32,000 nt of DNA from Synechocystis sp. PCC 6803 substr. PCC-P (GTDB lineage Bacteria; Cyanobacteriota; Cyanobacteriia; Cyanobacteriales; Microcystaceae): assembly GCF_000284455.1 (NCBI RefSeq), contig NC_017039.1:750001-782000 (forward strand). The letters run 5' to 3'. This document shows, piece after piece, positions 1-7,821 of this stretch. The notes beneath the pieces are model-generated. The model was not told where the DNA came from. It saw only the letters and a list, made by a program, of their open reading frames with translations, and ran no database searches. The position numbers and the translations under genes were made by a program. Each line of letters starts with the position of its first letter. The stretch's first letter is position 1.

Positions 1-1138
1 TCTCAATGCTGCTTTTTTATCTACGGATTTAATCAGTTTATACGTCTGTTTAGAGGTGGTGGGTTTATCTTCCTTTTTATTAATTATTTACCCCCGCCAG
101 GCCGCCAGCAGTTGGATTGGGTTGCGTTATTTGTTTGTTACCAACACGGCCTTGTTGTTTTATTTAATCGGGGTGATGTTGGTTTATCAGGCCACTAACT
201 CCCTGGATTTCCAAGGTTTAGCCACTGCCCCCTACGAGGCGATCGCCCTTATTTTTTTAGGACTGTTAATTAAGGGGGAAATTTTTCTTTCTGGGTTATG
301 GTCACCCCAAACCAGTAGCATTGCCAGTGCTCCTGTGGCGGCCCTGTTGTCGGGCATTGTGGTTAAAGCGGGAATTTTACCCCTGTTGCGCTTTGCTTCC
401 CTGTCGGAAAGATTGGCCATGATGGTGTGGGGTCTGGCCATTGCCACCGCTCTGTTGGGCATGGGCTTGGGCATGTTTGCCAGGGATAGTCGGCGCATTT
501 TGGCCTACAGCACCATTTCCCAAATGGGTTTTATTTTGGTAGCCCCGGCGGTGGGGGGATTGTATGCGTTGACCCATGGCTTAGCTAAGGCTTGCCTATT
601 TTTGTTGGTGGGCAGTCTGCCGGAACGAGATTTGGATAAACTCCAGGCCCAACCTATTTCCTACAAATTATGGTTGCCCATGGTATTGGCCAGTTCCTCT
701 ATCATTGGCTTACCCATCCTGGCGGGCTTTGAAGCTAAAACCCTGACCCTGGAGACCCTCAGCCTCAATGAACTGCCCTGGACGGGAATTTTAATGAACT
801 TGGCGGGGGTGGGCACAGCAATTATTTTGGCCAAATTTATTTTCCTCATCCCTAGCTTTGACAAGAATGTTGACCTGGACAAATCCCCCTGGGGCCTGTT
901 TTTAGCGGTGCTTCTTCTGCTGGGGGCTTTAACCTTGGGCAATGTCATTTATCCCGAAGCTTTTTCCATGGAGAACGGCATCAAAGCCACCGCTAGTTTT
1001 CTGCTGGGTTCAGCCATTTACTGGTGGGGTTTGCGGAAAATTCCTTGGCAACCACCTGATTGGGGGGAACGCTTGGATCATCTGATCGGCACCATGGCCA
1101 TAATGTTGATGTTACTTTTCAGCTCGGTATTAATATGA
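1..1138 (+). CDS. ndhD6: Mrp/NDH-1 antiporter-like subunit D (NuoL/M/N proton-antiporter family), 5'-truncated by the window edge
   Basis: Frame 2 is open from base 2 (LNAAFLSTDLISLYVCLEVVGLSS...), so the GTG at 56 is not the true start. The sequence is polytopic and hydrophobic, typical of the Proton_antipo_M family. The stop overlaps the next start in ATGA (1135-1138). From locus memory this is slr2009. Confidence 0.8.
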   Translation, partial: LNAAFLSTDLISLYVCLEVVGLSSFLLIIYPRQAASSWIGLRYLFVTNTALLFYLIGVMLVYQATNSLDFQGLATAPYEAIALIFLGLLIKGEIFLSGLWSPQTSSIASAPVAALLSGIVVKAGILPLLRFASLSERLAMMVWGLAIATALLGMGLGMFARDSRRILAYSTISQMGFILVAPAVGGLYALTHGLAKACLFLLVGSLPERDLDKLQAQPISYKLWLPMVLASSSIIGLPILAGFEAKTLTLETLSLNELPWTGILMNLAGVGTAIILAKFIFLIPSFDKNVDLDKSPWGLFLAVLLLLGALTLGNVIYPEAFSMENGIKATASFLLGSAIYWWGLRKIPWQPPDWGERLDHLIGTMAIMLMLLFSSVLI

Positions 1139-1527
1139 CTGGACTCCTTGATATTGGTTTACGGCTGGGCATTTGGTTTTTGTTAACGGGCAATCTCCGT
1201 CCGGGCAATATTCTCATCGGCCTGATCGTGGCCCTGTTAATTCCCCGTCGACCCATACCTCCCTATGTTTTGCGGGATGGGCTGAGGGTATTTAAGGAAA
1301 TTCTGCTGGCCATTCCCCAGGCTTACATCGAAGCTTGGCAAATGATTCTCCAGCCCCACACCAGAACGTGGGTTGAACGGCAGGAATTTTCCCCCCAACG
1401 AACTAGGGGGCTAATTTTTCTGGATATTTTCCTAATTACCTTTACCCCCAAAACCCTGGTGCTGAAATACCACGAAGAGGGATGGTACGAAATTCATTAT
1501 CTTGGCCCCAAGAAGGAAGAAAAATGA
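1135..1527 (+). CDS. mrpE: Na+/H+ antiporter subunit MrpE/MnhE
   Basis: The in-frame ATG at 1135 overlaps the upstream stop (ATGA). The MnhE-like motif ...ITFTPKTLVL... resembles ITLTPGT. Size and operon position fit. Confidence 0.75.
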   Translation: MTGLLDIGLRLGIWFLLTGNLRPGNILIGLIVALLIPRRPIPPYVLRDGLRVFKEILLAIPQAYIEAWQMILQPHTRTWVERQEFSPQRTRGLIFLDIFLITFTPKTLVLKYHEEGWYEIHYLGPKKEEK

Positions 1528-1775
1528 CTGTTCTACTCTGGACTATGTTACTGGCGGTGTTTATTCCGCTCTTGGCCACCCTGCAACGGGGCAATATTTG
1601 GGTGAAAATGCTCTCCTTTGCCAGTGTTGCCACTAAAACATCAATCATCATTTTGGTGGTGTCGGTGTTGCGGGACGATTGGATGATTGGCATGGTGGGG
1701 GTTTTAATTCTCAGTGCCGGTAATGCGGCTTTGATGCTTTTGGCCCAATTAATTCGCCGGATGGAGGCCCTATGA
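1524..1775 (+). CDS. mrpF: Na+/H+ antiporter subunit MrpF/MnhF (83 aa, about 3 TM)
   Basis: The ATG at 1524 forms an ATGA overlap with the mrpE stop. It is a small hydrophobic protein in the canonical E-F-G position. Confidence 0.7.
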   Translation: MTVLLWTMLLAVFIPLLATLQRGNIWVKMLSFASVATKTSIIILVVSVLRDDWMIGMVGVLILSAGNAALMLLAQLIRRMEAL

Positions 1776-2068
1776 TCACCACCATCATTAACTGGCTGAC
1801 TAACGGTTTTCTGGCCATGGGCATTCTTTTTTGGCTCTTTGGTACTTTTCCCCTACTTCAAAGTCGGCGATCGGTCATTACTAAACTCCATCTGCTAACG
1901 GTGTCGGACACCCTCGGCTCCATGGCGATCGTGGTGGGGCTATTTCTGAAACTGCCCCGGGAATGGCCCCTCCTGCTCTTAGCTATCATTTGTCTTTGTC
2001 TATGGAATACCATTCTGGGTTACGTGTTGGCCTACTGTGCCACCGGGGAGAAGCGCACTAATGTTTAA
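1772..2068 (+). CDS. mrpG: Na+/H+ antiporter subunit MrpG/MnhG
   Basis: ATGA overlap at 1772-1775. The motif KLHLLTVSDTLGS resembles the MnhG RLHAxxKxxTLG signature. 98 aa, 3 TM. Confidence 0.75.
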   Translation: MITTIINWLTNGFLAMGILFWLFGTFPLLQSRRSVITKLHLLTVSDTLGSMAIVVGLFLKLPREWPLLLLAIICLCLWNTILGYVLAYCATGEKRTNV

Positions 2069-2636
2069 TTTGGCAGACCAAACGGAAATTTTAGCTTTTA
2101 CCCCCCTATTGCCTTTTTGCGCTTTGTTGGTGGTAATTCAAGGCAATCCCTACCAGGCCTTGGTAATGCGGGGGATTTTGGGGGCGGTGGCGGCCCTGAT
2201 TTATACACTGTTGGGAGCAGCGGATGTGGCCTTGACAGAGGCGTTGGTGGGAACCATGTTATCCGTTACCCTGTTTGCAGTGGCGGTGCGGTCTTCCCTG
2301 GTGCTGCGTTTAGGGGTCATTGCTCCCCCCGATGGTGATGACGGCAAAAAATTGATTGCCCCAGAAGATGAACAGGCTATTACCCAGGCGATCGCCCCTT
2401 ACCATTTGCGGTTAGAAATTATTGCCTATGAAGATTTAGCCAGTTTGACGGAAGCTTGGCAAACCCGGGCTATCCATTGTTGGTATGAAGCCGATGTGGC
2501 CATTTTAAATACCCCCGTGGTGCGGTTGCAGGAAATTCTCGCTCCGGCCCTAGTGTCCCAGGCGATCGCCGTTAAATTTGTGCCTGCTAGTACCAGTCCT
2601 GTTCCCCCTCTATACTCCCCGGAGGTTGCCCAATGA
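2061..2636 (+). CDS. DUF4040 / MnhB-N-domain protein (MrpA C-terminal-like module)
   Basis: The motif GAADVALTEALVGT matches the APDVALTE-type signature of the MrpA C-terminal/MnhB N-terminal domain. The likely start is ATG 2061 (MFNLADQ...), overlapping mrpG by 8 nt; the ORF track's start at 2037 lies further inside mrpG. Confidence 0.65.
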   Translation: MFNLADQTEILAFTPLLPFCALLVVIQGNPYQALVMRGILGAVAALIYTLLGAADVALTEALVGTMLSVTLFAVAVRSSLVLRLGVIAPPDGDDGKKLIAPEDEQAITQAIAPYHLRLEIIAYEDLASLTEAWQTRAIHCWYEADVAILNTPVVRLQEILAPALVSQAIAVKFVPASTSPVPPLYSPEVAQ

Positions 2637-3280
2637 AAATTGTTTACCTAATTGCGGCCCTATTGTTCTACGCCAAAATGTTGTTCATCACGGGCAATGC
2701 TGTAGAACCATTAGAAGAAGTGGCGGTGGTGGAGAATTTGCTAGAGCAAACGGGAGCGCCCAATGTGGTGTCGGGGATTATTTTCCGCAATCGTTTGTAC
2801 GACACCATGCTGGAGGTGGTGGTGTTTACCATTGCCATTATGGGGGTGCGCTTTTTGATGGCGGAGGAAAAGCCGGCCGCTATGGTCTATCAAGTGAGCG
2901 ATGCTCCGTCGGTGGTGCTGGCCCGATTGGGGGCCATGATTGCCCTGCTGATTGGCATAGAATTGGCCATCCGGGGTCACCTTAGTCCGGGGGGAGGCTT
3001 TGCGGCCGGGGTAGCGGGGGGAACCGCCATTGGTCTAGTGGCCATTATTTCTTCGCCGGAATGGTTGCATCAACTGTACGAAAAATGGCAAGCCGCCAAG
3101 GTAGAAAAGTTATCGGTGTTGATTTTCCTCGTTCTGGCCGCCCTGAGTTTGCTGGGCATTAATTTTCCCTTGGATAATGCGGGCTGGATTCCTCTGTTGA
3201 ACATGGTGGTGGCCCTAAAAGTGGCGATCGGTTCCTGGGGAGCGATTTTGGTCTTTATCCGCTATCGGGGGTTATTGTGA
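2633..3280 (+). CDS. mrpB: Na+/H+ antiporter subunit MrpB/MnhB
   Basis: ATGA overlap at 2633-2636. The motif TGAPNVVSGIIFRNRLYDTMLEVVVF matches the MnhB signature (GaxNxVtaIxxxyRgxDTlgE). Confidence 0.75.
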   Translation: MKIVYLIAALLFYAKMLFITGNAVEPLEEVAVVENLLEQTGAPNVVSGIIFRNRLYDTMLEVVVFTIAIMGVRFLMAEEKPAAMVYQVSDAPSVVLARLGAMIALLIGIELAIRGHLSPGGGFAAGVAGGTAIGLVAIISSPEWLHQLYEKWQAAKVEKLSVLIFLVLAALSLLGINFPLDNAGWIPLLNMVVALKVAIGSWGAILVFIRYRGLL

Positions 3281-3330
3281 GTTGAGATGCGTTGGTCTGG
3301 GGTTAGCTAACCGCAAATTTCCCCACTGGA

Positions 3331-3481
3331 AAGTGTTTGAAAAGTGCAAGGCTAGGTATTTCTCTAAATCTCCTCACTAAGGCTCCGGTTTAAAAAGGGA
3401 GACTTTGGTAACATTTCCTCCCTTCCCAAGGGGGGCTAGGGGGGATTAAACGGCCAAAACTCGACTTTTGAAACACGCTCT
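3331..3481 (+). mobile_element. MITE-like dispersed repeat, roughly 150 bp, apparently full length
   Basis: Terminal inverted repeats GTGTTTGAAAAGT (3333-3345) and ACTTTTGAAACAC (3464-3476) have one central mismatch. The internal G/C-run core is ccaaggggggctaggggggatt. The right-hand ~80 bp (3402-3481) recurs in inverted orientation at 19061-19140 at roughly 80-85% identity by eye. The element is intergenic. Confidence 0.6.
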
Positions 3482-3527
3482 AACAATGGTGTTGTAATCA
3501 AATTTTTTCCCCGTTTTCGGTAAGGCC

Positions 3528-4835
3528 ATGGTTCCCACTCTCCGCTTTTATATTTGTCTAATGCTCATTGGCGGTGGAGCTATGGTGGTAGCTCAAGTTG
3601 ATACGGTTCCTAGGGCAGTGGGGGCCTTGGTTTTAGCAGATTTACTACTGTTGCTGCTGACTGCCATTGACTATGTTCGAGGCAAAAAGCAAAAAATAAC
3701 AGTGCAACGGCAACCTCTGGGACCCCTTTCCATTGGTCGGGAAAACCCTGTCACCATCACACTGGAAAATTCTGGCCCCACGGCGATCGCTAAAATCAAG
3801 GATGATTATCCCGCCCCATTTCTGGCCATGGACGAGTTAAAGACAGCCCAAATTTTACCCCAGGGAAGCACCCAGTTAAGTTACCAAGTGCAACCCCGTC
3901 AGCGGGGGGAATACGTTTGGGGCAAGGTGAATGTGCGGCAACTATGTCCCTGGCAACTGACTTGGCAACAATGGACGGTAGGGGAGGGAGAAACGGTGAC
4001 GGTCCACCCAGATTTAATCGGCCTAAAATCCTTGACCATCCGCCTGGCCCAAGCTACCACGGGCAACCTAAGACAAATGCGGAAGCTCGGTTTAGGTACG
4101 GAATTTCGGGAACTACGGGATTATCAGGCGGGGGACGATTTACGGTACTTAGATTGGAAAGCTAGTGCTCGCCGGGGCATTCCCCTCATGCGGGTGTTGG
4201 AACCAGAACGGGAACAGACGGTGATTATTTTGCTGGATCGAGGCCGGCTGATGACCGCTTGGGTGCAAGGATTACAGCGATTTGATTGGGGGTTGAATAC
4301 CAGTTTAGCCTTGGCGGTGGCGGCCCTCCATCGTGGCGATCGCCTAGGGATAGGGGTCTTTGACCGGGAAGTGGTCAGTTGGTTACCCCCGGAGCGGGGT
4401 TTGCAGTATTTACCCAAATTATTAAAAACCCTGAGTCCCCTCCAACCCGTGTTGCGGGAACCGGATTATAGCGCGGCGATCGGTAAACTGGTGCAACAAC
4501 AAACCCGACGGGCCCTAGTGGTATGCATCACCGATTTAATCGATCCCACTGCTTCGCAGGAATTGCTCACTGCCCTCACCCAGCTAGCGCCCCGTTATCT
4601 ACCCTTTTGTGTCACTTTGCGGGATCCCCAGGTGGATCAATTAGCCCATGCTCCGGCCACTACTGTTAGTGGTGCCTATCAACAAGCAGTGGCCATTAAC
4701 CTTTTGCAACAGCGGCAATTGGCCCTGGTAAAGCTGAAGCAAAAAGGAGTTTTAGTGTTGGATGCTCCGGCGGACAAAGTCAGTGAACAATTGGTGGATC
4801 GTTACCTACAACTCAAAGCCCGCACTCTGCTCTAG
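3528..4835 (+). CDS. DUF58 family protein (N-terminal TM pair plus vWA-like fold)
   Basis: The DUF58 signature FRELRDYQAGDDLRYLDWKASARRGIPLMRVLEPEREQTVIILLD is present, and the N-terminus has hydrophobic helices. Confidence 0.75.
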   Translation: MVPTLRFYICLMLIGGGAMVVAQVDTVPRAVGALVLADLLLLLLTAIDYVRGKKQKITVQRQPLGPLSIGRENPVTITLENSGPTAIAKIKDDYPAPFLAMDELKTAQILPQGSTQLSYQVQPRQRGEYVWGKVNVRQLCPWQLTWQQWTVGEGETVTVHPDLIGLKSLTIRLAQATTGNLRQMRKLGLGTEFRELRDYQAGDDLRYLDWKASARRGIPLMRVLEPEREQTVIILLDRGRLMTAWVQGLQRFDWGLNTSLALAVAALHRGDRLGIGVFDREVVSWLPPERGLQYLPKLLKTLSPLQPVLREPDYSAAIGKLVQQQTRRALVVCITDLIDPTASQELLTALTQLAPRYLPFCVTLRDPQVDQLAHAPATTVSGAYQQAVAINLLQQRQLALVKLKQKGVLVLDAPADKVSEQLVDRYLQLKARTLL

Positions 4836-4977
4836 ACCTTCAAAGTATGTTTACCAGATTCGGAATCAAGGAAGGTTAGGGGAGATTAACCAGTCGTACA
4901 AGGGCAACTGCTGAGGTTTGGCCTCGGCAACTTGACCGCTCCAGCGGACTTTTCGACCCATGGGGAATTAACCAAAA

Positions 4978-5703
4978 TCAGATCGAAGTGGGATTGCCAC
5001 TAACTAGTTGCTGCAGCAAGTCCAAGTTGAGAATTTCAATGGTGGCCCCCTGGCGCAAAATCAGGCCTTTTTTTTCCAATTTACCCAATGTTCGGGTGAC
5101 AGTTTCCCTCGTAACTCCACTGAGCATAGCTGTTTCCCGATGGGGCAAATTCGGTATTAATACCCTATGCTTTTTGGTGCTTATTGTTTTTTTCCCATGT
5201 CCCACTAGTTCCAGCAAAATATGGGCTACTTTTGTCACGCTATCTGATTCCCTGAGGCGGAAATATTGGTTGAGTCTTCTAAGACGTTTAGATGCAAAAA
5301 TCGCTACCTGAATACCGGCTTGGGGATCTTCCCTGAGCAAGTTTAGAAAATCTTGGGTGGGAATACTCCAGATCTTGGCTGGAGTCAGAGTGACCGCCTC
5401 CTTAGGATTCCAGTCTTCTTCCACTGCGGCGATCGCCCCTACAATCTCATCCGGGCCATAAATAGTATAGATACTATTTTTTGAAGATTCACCAATAGCA
5501 CATACTTTGATCCAACCTTCAGCGATAAAGTAAATCGACCCGCCGTAATAGTTATCAAATAAAATTGATTGACTGCAGGGATAATTACGAAAACTCAAAT
5601 AATTTATGTTTGCGATCAACAAATCTTTCGATATAGACCGAAAAAAAGAAATCTCACTGGCCAACTGTTTAAGTTGTTTTGTTGACGGCTTTTGTGGTGC
5701 CAT
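4978..5703 (-). CDS. sycrp2: CRP/FNR-family transcription regulator (cNMP-binding-like domain plus C-terminal HTH)
   Basis: It has a beta-roll cNMP-type domain (IYFIAEGWIKV...GPDEIVGA) and the HTH ETAMLSGVTRETVTRTLGKLEKKGLI. The ORF track starts at TTG 5721; the first ATG is 5703 (MAPQKPST...). From locus memory this is sll1924. Confidence 0.8.
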   Translation of the reverse strand: MAPQKPSTKQLKQLASEISFFRSISKDLLIANINYLSFRNYPCSQSILFDNYYGGSIYFIAEGWIKVCAIGESSKNSIYTIYGPDEIVGAIAAVEEDWNPKEAVTLTPAKIWSIPTQDFLNLLREDPQAGIQVAIFASKRLRRLNQYFRLRESDSVTKVAHILLELVGHGKKTISTKKHRVLIPNLPHRETAMLSGVTRETVTRTLGKLEKKGLILRQGATIEILNLDLLQQLVSGNPTSI

Positions 5704-6153
5704 GACAATATATCCAAACAATAACTAAATTCTCCCCTAGACCCTCTCAAACCCCAGTTTCAGGGAAAATTATAGAAACAAGTAAACTGTTTTGGTGTTT
5801 ATTGTCACAGGTTTTGGTGAGCTGGCTAACAATCATTTGTTGTAAATTAACTTATCATCTAGGTGATGTTAGTTGTCACCCATCCTATGACAATATGTGT
5901 TTAATTTGACTAGCAATAGTCCAGAGATGTTCTCTAAAACTTCGTTTTTAGGCCCATACTTCACCTTCCTACAATCCCCCTCCCCCCCATCTATTCCCTG
6001 TGACTTGAACCCCTTTGTTTGCCTTTAAGAGAAATTTAAAATCCCTTTATTTGAGCTTTAAGCACTTAGCTATTAACCTGAAATTTGACCCAGAAAAACC
6101 AATAAAAGACTTCCCCACGGTCTTTGCTGACTTCCCAAAAACCCCAATCGACC

Positions 6154-7296
6154 ATGTACAAGTCTCCATTTTTCAAGCTCCGCTCAATTCTGCTTTTGGC
6201 TAGGAACGACCAAAGGACTGCCCCTGTTTCTGGATACACCCTCATGGAGTTGGTAGTAGTCGTGGTGGTGATTGGCATTCTGTCTGGGATTGTGGTCAAC
6301 GCTAAGCCATGGTACGAAAATCCGCTCAAGAATAGCCAAGACCGCCTGCAGAGCGTCATCAAGACCGCTAGAACTAGGGCAGTAAATAGTACGTCCACCT
6401 ATCGCATCACTGCTAATCCCAACAATCCTAGTCAAGCAATCCAGGTGCAAAGGATCCGAAGCGGTAGTTGCCAGGCCAATGCCACTCTGCGGGAAGCCTC
6501 CCTAGCGACCGATACCACCATTGCCTTGAATGATGTGAGTGGATTTGCCATTGGCGATCGCCTCAAGGTGGGGGGGACAGAAGCGGATGCGCTCTCGGTT
6601 AATTTTGGCAATAGCACCATAACCCTTGGGGCTCCGGTGGGGGAGAAAGCAGTGGGGACAAAGGTGGAAACTGTGAAAAATTGGAAGAATGACAGTGCCT
6701 TTCTGGACGAAGATCTCAATGTCAACAAGAAAGTCTCCCAAAACAACGCAGATATCCGCATGGTGGGGAAATTTGACAATGCGGCGGAGGAAAATTGGTC
6801 TATTTGCATTAACAGCCGTGGTCTAGTCAGCCTGTTTGATGCCGACGGTATGATGACCAGCAATCTTGATTTGGTTTTAACCAATCCCCGCACCAATGAA
6901 GAAGCCAAGGTGGTAATTTTCCCCGGTGGGGCGATGAATGCGACGGCGATCGCCATGGGCTCCGGCTCCGGTGGCGGCGGTGCAGGTTCTGAAAGTCCCA
7001 CCAGTAGTGAAAGTCCCACAGGGGGAGGCGGTACTGGTGGTGAAGGCTCTGAAATTAGCGGCGGCGAAACTGAAACTAGCGGAGGTGAAACTGGCACTAG
7101 TGAAAAATGCAATAACGGCGTAGGTAATGGCCCCGAAGGTTGTTCTCCCAACGACAAGGATAACGATGAATGTCCTACCGGAGCTCCAGGTGCTCCTTGC
7201 CGAGCCGAGAAAGAAGCAAAAGAGAAAGCCGAGAAAGAAGCAAAAGAAAAAGAAGAGAAGGAGAAAGACAGCAAAGAAAATGAGGGTAAAAAATAG
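6154..7296 (+). CDS. pilA9: Minor (pseudo)pilin, GspH/FimU-like, with a long low-complexity C-terminal tail
   Basis: The prepilin-type motif ...RTAPVSG|YTLMELVVVVVVIGIL has Glu at +5. An ATG lies at 6154, and the ORF track's TTG at 6124 is an alternative start. From locus memory this is slr2015. Confidence 0.8.
   Translation: MYKSPFFKLRSILLLARNDQRTAPVSGYTLMELVVVVVVIGILSGIVVNAKPWYENPLKNSQDRLQSVIKTARTRAVNSTSTYRITANPNNPSQAIQVQRIRSGSCQANATLREASLATDTTIALNDVSGFAIGDRLKVGGTEADALSVNFGNSTITLGAPVGEKAVGTKVETVKNWKNDSAFLDEDLNVNKKVSQNNADIRMVGKFDNAAEENWSICINSRGLVSLFDADGMMTSNLDLVLTNPRTNEEAKVVIFPGGAMNATAIAMGSGSGGGGAGSESPTSSESPTGGGGTGGEGSEISGGETETSGGETGTSEKCNNGVGNGPEGCSPNDKDNDECPTGAPGAPCRAEKEAKEKAEKEAKEKEEKEKDSKENEGKK
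7204..7251 (+). repeat. Tandem 24-bp direct repeat x2 (23/24 identical) encoding AEKEAKEK
   Basis: gccgagaaagaagcaaaagagaaa (7204-7227) is followed by gccgagaaagaagcaaaagaaaaa (7228-7251). It lies inside the pilA9 3' tail. Weaker 18-bp (6988-7023) and 21-bp (7060-7101) duplications lie upstream. Confidence 0.9.
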
Positions 7297-7344
7297 TTTC
7301 CTACATTCTCAACCAAACATTTTTTAGTTACAGGATCTCAGTTC

Positions 7345-7821
7345 ATGTCAGCAAAACAACTATGGAAAATTTTCAATCCTAGACCGATGAAGGGTGGATT
7401 TACCCTGACGGAAAATCTGGTTTCTCTTATTGTCCTGAGCATTACCTTAACGGCAATGTTGCCTGCTTTTATGAACTTTGGCCTACAGAACGCAAAAAAC
7501 CGCCAACTCACCGGTGCCACATCCGTAGCGAATAGCGTGATGAATGACCTCCGTAGTCAAAGCATGACTGAGTTGGACGCCCAGTTAGGCAAAACAGTAT
7601 TAACCAATCTGCCTGAACAAAACGGGAATAAATACCAAGCTGACCAATATATTTGCACGAGAAGCAGTATTTTGAATCCTGATAATCCCAACGGGACTTG
7701 TTCCACAACGGTGGGAGAAAACGATTTTGCCCGCCAAATTTTAATTGAAGTTAAAGCCCCCCATAATCCCAATGAAACCATCTATCGTGTACAAACTGTT
7801 TTTTCTCGTCTCCGCTCCTAA
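7345..7821 (+). CDS. pilA10: Minor pilin, PilV/GspI-like
   Basis: Prepilin motif MKGG|FTLTENLVSLIVLSITL with Glu5. The start is ATG 7345, with ATG 7387 as an alternative that gives a 4-aa leader. From locus memory this is slr2016. Confidence 0.8.
   Translation: MSAKQLWKIFNPRPMKGGFTLTENLVSLIVLSITLTAMLPAFMNFGLQNAKNRQLTGATSVANSVMNDLRSQSMTELDAQLGKTVLTNLPEQNGNKYQADQYICTRSSILNPDNPNGTCSTTVGENDFARQILIEVKAPHNPNETIYRVQTVFSRLRS

Noticed and set aside
2117-2985. Alternative-frame ORFs (73, 135 and 79 aa) within the mrp genes
   Set aside because: They give Gly/Arg/His-rich products typical of off-frame translation. The annotated frames carry Mrp family motifs and ATGA coupling.
4905-4960. Hairpin GCTGAGG-tttgg-CCTCGGC and CCGC-tcca-GCGG between the DUF58 gene and sycrp2
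   Set aside because: The stems are imperfect, with no following T-run on either strand, so they are not reported as terminators.
5704-6153. Search for a canonical CRP box (TGTGA-N6-TCACA) upstream of pilA9
   Set aside because: I found only degenerate or wrongly spaced half-sites: TGTGT-N6-TGACT at about 5896, GTGA-N9-TCAC at 5863-5879, and the inverted arrangement TCACA-N6-GGTGA. I do not call a CRP site.
6015-6398. 62-aa plus-strand and 110-aa minus-strand ORFs in the pilA9 upstream region and 5' end
   Set aside because: They lie in an AT-rich promoter region or overlap the pilA9 prepilin-coding segment. They have no domain signal, so they are best explained as chance ORFs.
6432-7316. 294-aa minus-strand ORF antisense to pilA9
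   Set aside because: It mirrors the low-complexity, repeat-rich pilA9 frame. Its product is repetitive (SFSFSSFSFASFS, PPPP runs), and it has no start context or pilin/domain features. The sense frame has a clear prepilin motif.
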